A stretch of 63,291 nt of DNA, the filler included, from Octopus bimaculoides (taxonomy: Eukaryota), in assembly GCF_001194135.2 (NCBI RefSeq). It is 9 parts of 8 records of this genome, joined end to end, with 100 filler letters (N's around TTAATTAATTAA, not from the genome) between each part and the next. Parts side by side here need not be neighbours in the genome. Positions count along the whole stretch, not along the records: positions 49,012 to 56,539 come from NC_068997.1; positions 56,640 to 61,113 come from NC_068983.1; positions 61,214 to 63,291 come from NC_069007.1; 6 more parts are not named here. The stretch is one strand, 5' to 3'. The position numbers were made by a program, and so were the translations under genes. Shown here piece after piece: positions 53,674 through 63,291 of this stretch. Within the stretch, counting starts at the first letter, position 1; the number at the start of each line of letters is the position of its first letter. Under the pieces are notes generated by a model, which did no database searches, was not told the DNA's origin, and worked only from the letters and a program-made list of their open reading frames with translations.

Positions 53674-54144
53674 TACGACGGCCTTCTTTCAGTTTCCGTC
53701 TACCAAATGCACTCACAAGGCTTTGGTCGGCCCGAGGCTATAATTAAAGACACTTGCCCAAGGTGCCATGCAGTGGGAATGAACCCAGAACCATGTGGCT
53801 GGTAAGCAAGCTACTTACCACACAGCCACTCCTGAGCCTATGATATATAAATATTTTAAATACTATTGGATTTTACTCATAGGGTATTGGAATCTTATAT
53901 GTATACCATTCTGCCTAATTAATGGATCTACAAATGCAATATCCCTGCATATCTCCCATCTATTTTCATTCCTCCATTTCACTCTCTATTTTGTATCTAA
54001 TCTAAATTAACTATCGCTTAACCATCCTCTCACACTGTCTCCGATGAAGAGATATAACAAATATTCTGGAAACAGCTGTAAGATCTATTTATAAATGTTC
54101 TAAAATCTACACAGCCTTGGTTTTTTATCTCATTACGGAAAATA

Positions 54145-54181
<37 letters not shown>

Positions 54182-54847
54182 TATCTGTGTGTGTGTCTTT
54201 GTGTCTGTGTTTGTCCCCCACTCTTTCTCACTTGATAACTGGTGCTAATGCGTTTACATCCCTGCAACTTAGTGGTTCGCCAAAAGAGGACAACAAAATG
54301 AGTACAAGGCTTCAAAAATAAGTCCTGGGGGCCGATTTGTTCAACTAAAACCATTCAAAGCAGTGCTTCAGCATAGCCACAGTCAAATGACTGAAACAAG
54401 TAAAAGAATAAAGGAACAAAAGAATATATGTACACATCTCTTCCTTCCATTTTCAATGCCCAATATTCCTAAATATGCATATATGTATGTATATCCAAGC
54501 CTATTCAGTTGGCTTCCAGTCCTTCATCTCAGCGCTACCTTTTTCTCACCTACAACTTTAATCTTCACACTCTCTAAGGCCTTTGACTGTTCTCTAATAC
54601 ATTAAGCTGCTCCCAAAAAAAAGAAGGATAAAAATCATCAAATTTATCTTGAACACCCTATATGTCCATGTAAATATGTATGTGTATATGTATATTAATA
54701 TGTATTAACGCATGTATTTGTATATAAATATGTTTTTGCGTGTGAATATTTACATACATAAATATATATATATATCATCTATAAAAATGCATAAATCTGG
54801 AGGAGAAGCAAACTCCAAGATGTAGAGCACAGCCTACCCCACTATAA

Positions 54848-54878
<31 letters not shown>

Positions 54879-55048
54879 ATCCCTCTTTCATTTTCTCTCC
54901 CTTTGAATACATATATATATGTGTGTGTGTGTATGCATATATAATTTACGCATAAGTATTCAAATACTGTAAATCGCATGTATGTATATGAGTGTTTGGG
55001 CAAGCATTCATATATGCAAGTGTGTTTGTGTATATATCTGTGTGTGTG

Positions 55049-55097
<49 letters not shown>

Positions 55098-55954
55098 NNN
55101 NNNNNNNNNNNNNNNNNNNNNNNNNNNNNNNNNNNNNNNNNNNNNNNNNNNNNNNNNNNNNNNNNNNNNNNNNNNNNNNNNNNNNNNNNNNNNNNNNNNN
55201 NNNNNNNNNNNNNNNNNNNNNNNNNNNNNNNNNNNNNNNNNNNNNNNNNNNNNNNNNNNNNNNNNNNNNNNNNNNNNNNNNNNNNNNNNNNNNNNNNNNN
55301 NNNNNNNNNNNNNNNNNNNNNNNNNNNNNNNNNNNNNNNNNNNNNNNNNNNNNNNNNNNNNNNNNNNNNNNNNNNNNNNNNNNNNNNNNNNNNNNNNNNN
55401 NNNNNNNNNNNNNNNNNNNNNNNNNNNNNNNNNNNNNNNNNNNNNNNNNNNNNNNNNNNNNNNNNNNNNNNNNNNNNNNNNNNNNNNNNNNNNNNNNNNN
55501 NNNNNNNNNNNNNNNNNNNNNNNNNNNNNNNNNNNNNNNNNNNNNNNNNNNNNNNNNNNNNNNNNNNNNNNNNNNNNNNNNNNNNNNNNNNNNNNNNNNN
55601 NNNNNNNNNNNNNNNNNNNNNNNNNNNNNNNNNNNNNNNNNNNNNNNNNNNNNNNNNNNNNNNNNNNNNNNNNNNNNNNNNNNNNNNNNNNNNNNNNNNN
55701 NNNNNNNNNNNNNNNNNNNNNNNNNNNNNNNNNNNNNNNNNNNNNNNNNNNNNNNNNNNNNNNNNNNNNNNNNNNNNNNNNNNNNNNNNNNNNNNNNNNN
55801 NNNNNNNNNNNNNNNNNNNNNNNNNNNNNNNNNNNNNNNNNNNNNNNNNNNNNNNNNNNNNNNNNNNNNNNNNNNNNNNNNNNNNNNNNNNNNNNNNNNN
55901 NNNNNNNNNNNNNNNNNNNNNNNNNNNNNNNNNNNNNNNNNNNNNNNNNNNNNN

Positions 55955-55992
<38 letters not shown>

Positions 55993-56482
55993 AAGTATAT
56001 AATATATATATATTATATATACATGCACATATATATATGTAAGTGTGTGTGTATACGTATTTATGTATGCGTCTGGCTGGCTGTTTATTTGTATGTTTAA
56101 GCGTATATTTATCTGTGATTGTGTTGATGTGCATATAAGTGTATGTGCGTGTATGCATGTTTGTTCATATTGTTTTGGTTTGTTTCATTTATTATTATTA
56201 TTTTCTTATTGCTTGTTTTTGTTTTTTTTTGTTTTTTTTTAAATTTTATTTTTCGAATTCATACATTGGTAAAAGGTTCCTTCAGCTTGGGTAAGCTGGT
56301 TAACAAAGAGTCAATGGTACTGATTCACCACATTGGGGCCCTTTGATAATGTAGGCTGAACATGTCCATTCAAACCCCTCACACACACACACACATGTAT
56401 ACACATACGCACACGTGCACACACGCAGACTTATCTTTTTAAAATAATGTATTAGAATTATATAAAAATATATATACATGTA

Positions 56483-56539
<57 letters not shown>

Positions 56540-58130
56540 NNNNNNNNNNNNNNNNNNNNNNNNNNNNNNNNNNNNNNNNNNNNTTAATTAATTAANNNNN
56601 NNNNNNNNNNNNNNNNNNNNNNNNNNNNNNNNNNNNNNNACATTTAACAAAGTGCGAATAAAAATACCTAGTGATATTGGTTCCGCCCGTGTTTCACAGA
56701 GACCCTCTTTTCACTGTGGCAATGGAGAATGCAGTGATCCAATAACAGACCAATGAGAAACCTCCAACCAACAACAGTATTTATCCCAGAATGCACGACA
56801 TTAAATAGTTTTAAAATCTCCCATTTATTATTTTTTCCCTTTTTCTCTAGCTTACCATTTACATAATTCCATATATATAACCTTATATTTATTTCTGTAA
56901 TTTTCACTAGTCTCACCCGTATGTTTTTGCTTCGCTGAATTTTTTCTTTGAGAACTTTTCTGTGATCTTCTTCTAGCACATTAGCAGTCTACTTCCTGGT
57001 CTCTTTTATATATACATTAATTCCATATATAGATACATCTACATTCCCATGCTGTATACTCGTTATCACATGCTCTCTTCTATATTCTAAAACATTAAAA
57101 ATTTACTCTCCGTGTCTATTTTGTTGACAGAGCGCATTTCTACTAAAAAATATTCTCTATATTAACGAATGTTCTGGTTATTAATCTTTTTAAATCACTA
57201 ATATTTTTGTTTTCCTGTAACTAAATGTGCTTTGCATTGACAATAGTGTCTTATTTTTCTCACTAAGAATTCACAAACATCAGAACATATCATTTTTCCT
57301 TTGTCTTCGCCAATAAATCTAAGTTTGTGCTTTTATGTAAGTAAAGGAAGGAAAAACATAATAATGGCTAACATCTGAGTCTTCTGTTTTCTGAACTTAT
57401 TGTGGGAGGAACTGTAGATAGTGGGACATTGATATTATGGCTATGAACTAAAAATAACATAAAACCCTTTCGGATATGTACTATTGATTTCTACTTGCAT
57501 AGAATTCTGTATTCCACAGACACACACACACACACACGCACAACACGGTTTCAATTGCGTACACCGAGTTTTATTCAGGACGGCAAATTTTACGCAATAT
57601 CAGTTAATGTATTCGCTGATGTCTACAGATAAATATAGAATTGTTTTTATTATAACTAAACATAAACACAAACTTTAATACACACACACACACACATACA
57701 NNNNNNNNNNNNNNNNNNNNNNNNNNNNNNNNNNNNNNNNNNNNNNNNNNNNNNNNNNNNNNNNNNNNNNNNNNNNNNNNNNNNNNNNNNNNNNNNNNNN
57801 NNNNNNNNNNNNNNNNNNNNNNNNNNNNNNNNNNNNNNNNNNNNNNNNNNNNNNNNNNNNNNNNNNNNNNNNNNNNNNNNNNNNNNNNNNNNNNNNNNNN
57901 NNNNNNNNNNNNNNNNNNNNNNNNNNNNNNNNNNNNNNNNNNNNNNNNNNNNNNNNNNNNNNNNNNNNNNNNNNNNNNNNNNNNNNNNNNNNNNNNNNNN
58001 NNNNNNNNNNNNNNNNNNNNNNNNNNNNNNNNNNNNNNNNNNNNNNNNNNNNNNNNNNNNNNNNNNNNNNNNNNNNNNNNNNNNNNNNNNNNNNNNNNNN
58101 NNNNNNNNNNNNNNNNNNNNNNNNNNNNNN

Positions 58131-58178
<48 letters not shown>

Positions 58179-58251
58179 CATATATATACATATGCATATA
58201 TATGCATATATATACATATATATATATGCATATATAGATATACATTTATAG

Positions 58252-58289
<38 letters not shown>

Positions 58290-59683
58290 GCAGTTCAGAA
58301 TTATCGTCTTAGGCTCGATAACAACATCAAACTGTATCAATAGGATATTCTTCGCCCAGTCGTTGTGAAAACGTCTAAGCTTCGTTTCAAGTAATCTCCA
58401 CTGTGTTCACGACCAAATACTTTTTATTCGACTTTCACTGACTCAGTCTACCTATTTCTAATAGGTGCCATGAGGTAATGGTGTAATCAAAAACAGTGGA
58501 AACAGTGGCAGACGTCACAGTCGTAAATCGATAAATGGTTTTATATTTCATTTCGTAAAGAGTTCAAATGTTCCCTCAAGTTAAAGAAGGTCCTCGATAC
58601 AATACTTGTTGGGGGAGCTTTCAAGTAGGGCAACAGCGGCCCACTGTGTCACCTGTCAATGGATCTGTCACGATGAACTGTATCCGTTTCTGTCTCATCC
58701 GCTGTCAATACAATAATCCCTTCTCCTCTGAACTATGCAAAAATACGTTAATCCTATTCAAAGCCATTCCTATTCTATCTTGCTTTTGTAACACTTCATC
58801 TAATCCTTCATTCTCCAGAATTGCCATTCTGTGAAACCTCCCTGGCCACGTCTTCTCAACAGGAATTCCCCCTACAGGCGTTCCCATCTGTATCGACCTC
58901 ACCGAGCTGGGGCAATCTACAGCGCCCTTAAACATTGTCCTTTCACCAATTGTTACATATACGACAAGCTTCTTTCAGTTTCCGTCAACTAAATCCACTC
59001 ACAAGGCTTTGGTTGGCCCGAGGATATTATAGAAGACACTTGCCCAAAAGTGCCACGCAGTGGGACTGAACCCGGAACCGTGTGGTTGGGAAGCAAACTT
59101 CTTACCAGAGAGCCACGCCTGCGCCCATTTCATTAATAATAACGAAATCCTCACAGTACCCACACCATTGAATAACAAGCGTTTCAAATGTAAGCCCAAA
59201 GGGTAGCAATTTTGACGGGAAGGGAGCAGTCTGACTTGTACTTTATTTAACGACCCTGGACGGGATGAACGCTAAAACTGACTGCGGCGGAATTTGAAGT
59301 CAGAACATGAAGAGCCAGAAGAAATACTGTAAAACATTTTGTCCGACGCTCTAACGACTCTAACGACTCCACCGCCCTTTTCCATGGAATAATAAATTTT
59401 AATTAGTTATTCGTGATTAATATATATTTCTGATGTTTGTAAAACTTGTATTTAGCTGAGAATTAAATTTATTAAGTTGATTAATAAAAAGCTGTTATTA
59501 GAAACGTATCGATAAGTTGCTTTTTTTTTTTTGCCTCTTTTAAAGAAATTTATTTTAAATTTGTGGAATTCATTGGAATAAATTGCGTTTTTAAAACAAA
59601 ACAAAAAATATAAATATATACCATTGTGCACACATACAAGTGAGGAGATGTTCTTCACCTTTTATTATAACTATTTATTATTA

Positions 59684-59727
<44 letters not shown>

Positions 59728-59738
59728 GATATTGTTGA

Positions 59739-59772
<34 letters not shown>

Positions 59773-60231
59773 GTTGATATTGTTGATACTGTGATGTTGG
59801 TTTTGTTGTTGTTGTTATCGTATTCTTCATGCTTCATATTTTTTTTTTTTCAAAAAAACTTGATTGCAGTTTTTTAATATAAGACACTAGTGAGATGAAT
59901 TTTTCTTTAAAGAGAGAGAGAAGACGAAAGAAATAAAAGACAAATGTGAGAAGATCTCAGGCGGCGTCGACGACGGTGGCGGTGGCAGCGGTGTGACTGG
60001 GATTGGTGGAGGTGGTGGCGTCAGAAAGAGCAGAATCTCGGGTTCCAAATGTTCCCCTCAACAAATGGTCGGCGCTGCTTTTTTCATTTACATTTGTTTA
60101 TATATCTATCTANNNNNNNNNNAGTTGTTCGTATTGTTGCTGTTTATTTACTTTACATAAATGGTGGACCAACCAAAAAGATAAAAACGGTGTTTAACAA
60201 CAAGAGTGGTTTCGTAGCTAGAGTTACTCCT

Positions 60232-60429
60232 TCAGACTTTTGAAAGCCGAGCGAAAAAAATAACAAGTAATAATAATAAACAAACTAAATGTATTTTGTT
60301 AGTCTGAAGGAGTGAGGGACTAAATTCCTGAAATGGTACGATATTGACGAATGCTTGTTGAGAACTGCTTCTTTGCCTTCTGTTCATTAACCTGTTGTCA
60401 AATTCCGTATCCATCGATGTGGGTGACAT
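60232..60429 (-). CDS. Possible 65-aa downstream ORF with a C-terminal hydrophobic helix
   Basis: ATG 43 nt after the stop of the 2-TM ORF. RRQRSSS basic motif plus IHLVCLLLLLVIFFA. Part of the Leu run comes from a short TTA repeat. Confidence 0.15.
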   Translation of the reverse strand: MSPTSMDTEFDNRLMNRRQRSSSQQAFVNIVPFQEFSPSLLQTNKIHLVCLLLLLVIFFARLSKV

Positions 60430-60472
60430 GAACGGGATTTAACGAGATTCACGTTCGATACTCTCATGCTTC

Positions 60473-60867
60473 TTACATTGTGTTCAGCTGTCGAATAACT
60501 TGAAACATAAAAGTCGCCATAAAAATCGAAACCATGAATATTCCGGGGCTAAGTTTAATGCACAAGGCACAGAACGTAAAAGAGGTTAATAAAACTAACG
60601 AAGTCAACATCCCTCCTCCGATAGTCTGACTTTCTTCAATCGATACATATTGATCTTGATCTGGTTGATCTGTTACCATTTCCCCCCTATTGACGACACC
60701 TTCCATTGTTGTTGAAGTTTCTGTGTCTATCGTTCGAGAAATTCTCGCCGCCTCTGCTACAATCAAAGGCCGATGATCTCTTCCAAAATTATCAACATTT
60801 GAATGGCACTCTGGAAGTTGTTCATTGTCCGAAGCTCTATTTACAGGAATTCGACTAATATTACCAC

Positions 60868-60925
<58 letters not shown>

Positions 60926-61113
60926 TCCACCAGTACCGTTACTACTACTTCTAAAAGTGTTATTGTTGTTTGGCATGGTCCTTTCGTGTGTGCTTGGTTC
61001 AGTTAGAAATAAGGAAGTGTTTGAAGAGCCTGACACTGGTGGATGGTTGTCCATTCTAGGATGAAACGGCACCGAAGATTGATTAGACTTACTCGTTCGA
61101 GATGTTTCTAAAT
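60473..61113 (-). CDS. Orphan protein: low-complexity/Asn-rich N-terminus and two C-terminal transmembrane helices (5'-incomplete or starting at ATG 61054)
   Basis: Frame is open from the gap edge (LETSRTSKSNQSSVPFHPRMDNH...) to TAA at 60473, more than 210 codons with non-repetitive composition. Ends in GGGMLTSLVLLTSFTFCALCI-KLSPG-IFMVSIFMATFMFQVIRQ. Poly-N is an (AAT)19 tract. No family recognised. Confidence 0.55.
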
Positions 61114-61213
61114 NNNNNNNNNNNNNNNNNNNNNNNNNNNNNNNNNNNNNNNNNNNNTTAATTAATTAANNNNNNNNNNNNNNNNNNNNNNNNNNNNNNN
61201 NNNNNNNNNNNNN

Positions 61214-61280
<67 letters not shown>

Positions 61281-61673
61281 TTAGCACCATTTTTATCAGT
61301 ATTCTTGTTATATCCCCATTTCAATACTTCCATAGGTCATACCGAATTGAGGGACTACACTAGTATGAGGAATATGCCAAGATGAGGCAAAAACAAACAT
61401 ACTCACACAATCAGATATCATCATCTAATGACCATTTTCCATGCTGGCATGGGTTAGACAGTTTGACAGGATCAAGCTAGCTGGAGAGCTGCATCAAGCT
61501 CCAATTTTCTGTTTTGGCAATGGCTTCTACAGCATGATGCCCTTCCTAATGCCAACCACATCACAGAGTATACTTAGTGCCTTTTATGTGGTACTGACAG
61601 GAGGGTATTTCATGTGAAACCAACACTGGTACACACACATGGATGTATGTGTATGAGTGTATGTATGTATGTG

Positions 61674-61717
<44 letters not shown>

Positions 61718-61727
61718 NNNNNNNNNN

Positions 61728-61883
61728 TCTGTACCATGGTTTCAAGTCAATTTTAGTAAGATAAAGATTATATCTTACAAGGTCAGACAACATATGTTGT
61801 CTGGTCAATTCTGCTGACGAGAGTCTGACCTTGTAAGATATAATCTTTATCTTACTAAAATTGACTTGAAACCATGGTACAGA
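61728..61883. repeat. Perfect 61-bp inverted repeat with a 34-nt spacer
   Basis: 61728-61788 is the exact reverse complement of 61823-61883. A nested 20-bp palindrome CAGACAACATATGTTGTCTG lies at 61784-61803. Confidence 0.95.
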
Positions 61884-62058
61884 ATATAGATTGGTAAAAG
61901 TTTTTATTTTTCATTTCCTTTCGAAATTATCCCTAACTTTTGTGGTATGTAGTATTTTTGCTGCTATTTCTAGCGAGTAGATGTCCTATTATAGGGGTCT
62001 CTGCATTTCTATATATATATATATATATAGATAGATAGATAGATAGATAGATAATTAA

Positions 62059-62248
62059 GGGATCAGCAAAATATTTGCTTCAACGCGTCTGCTGTTAATC
62101 ATCTGAATTGGTTAGTTTTTCATTGTTTTTTTTCTTCTTGTTTTTGCCTTTGTGAGTTACAAGTGATGCTATCTGTGAGATTCTCAGCTTTTTTAGCTGC
62201 TATTTTCTGAACTTCGGTATATGGTGAAGCAAATATTTTGCTGATCCC
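62059..62248. mobile_element. 190-bp MITE with 24-bp TIRs and TTAA target duplication (Kolobok-type termini)
   Basis: TTAA|GGGATCAGCAAAATATTTGCTTCA ... TGAAGCAAATATTTTGCTGATCCC|TTAA. Purine-purine termini with a TTAA TSD fit Kolobok rather than piggyBac. Confidence 0.7.
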
Positions 62249-63036
62249 TTAATTATATTTATAAATATATGAGCTTTTGAATAAGTTCTCCACCAATAAT
62301 GGTGCTTTCATACCGATGGGCTTGGTAAAAATTATTAATTATTAATTGATTTATTAATTAATAAATTGATAATCCTTTACCCTTTTAATTTGTATTAATT
62401 TATAGAGATAGATAGATAGATATAGATACATATATAATACAAATAATATATGAGTATATGCATATATACATACATGTATGTACATACCTACATCTACATG
62501 TATATACAGATGCATATCTGGGTACAGGACATCACAAAAAAAAAACGTGGACAAAATGAGAAACAGAACATAAACAGAGCACAGAAAACACACAGGCCAC
62601 ATAGAGAACATTTCCTTCATCAGCTACCACCATTCTAAAACTAAGTGTTTCGATATATATGAGTTTGGAGGGATATATTATCCAAGCAGATACCGTTTTA
62701 GCTCTCAGTTAAGTTCCAGTTAACGGCAAACCACAACGATAAGTATCCAATGTCTGTGTCTACAGTTAGTTATTAGTCACTCCATGAATTCTTCCGATGG
62801 GTAATTCCATCTACTCTTTGCTGGACAATAAAAATTGTCAGGAGTATATATTAATATTAATAATAATAAAGAGTATGAAGACTAATACAGCTACGATATT
62901 TATTTTTATTTCGTAGTTCTATATAGCATACTACATAAATATCAAACAATGAGGATAAGAACTCAACACAGCATTGGTGATTATATATTTGTGGATTAAG
63001 ACTACCATTGGTTTCATGTTAAGGAAGACCTCAACA

Positions 63037-63080
<44 letters not shown>

Positions 63081-63291
63081 AGTAAAAATAAATACAAAAA
63101 AGGTGGGTTTTTTTGTATGATTGTGTATAGAGGAATATATTATTTTGCTTAAAAGAGTTCCAACACTGTCTGTTCCTCATGTTTTATTTATATTCCTGCA
63201 GAACCAATGTGGGGTATAGAATATGGAACATACAATATATAATATGATATACAATATACAATATAAAATAAAATAAAATAAAAATGGATGG

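Overview
AT-rich, repeat-dominated, gappy eukaryotic genomic DNA. The SINE/RTE/microsatellite content suggests an octopus or other coleoid cephalopod; this is inference and was not checked by any search. One gene is clearly recognisable: a single-exon FADD (DED + death domain, 187 aa, 10829-11392, +). Its DED aligns without gaps to human FADD but lacks the canonical F25 and E19/RxDL residues. A second probable coding region is an orphan Asn-rich ORF with two C-terminal transmembrane helices (60473-61113, -), open into a gap. The window also holds a promoter-like motif cluster (CRE, 2x NRF1, ETS, ~13.85-14.02 kb) with no visible downstream coding exon, a candidate first exon at 48.2 kb, a degenerate death-domain-like relic at 49.4 kb, and an RFX X-box/CCAAT pair followed by decayed exon-like sequence (37.3-39.7 kb). 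The rest is transposable elements (RTE, R4/Dong-like, Hero-like and Tx1-like LINEs, Penelope-like pieces including a hammerhead-type core, mariner/Tc1 relics, pogo-, piggyBac- and Kolobok-type MITEs, tRNA-derived SINEs) and microsatellites. Eight fixed 100-bp gaps contain an artificial TTAATTAATTAA linker, so contiguity across them is unproven. No bacterial-type system, CRISPR array, rRNA or intact tRNA is supported.
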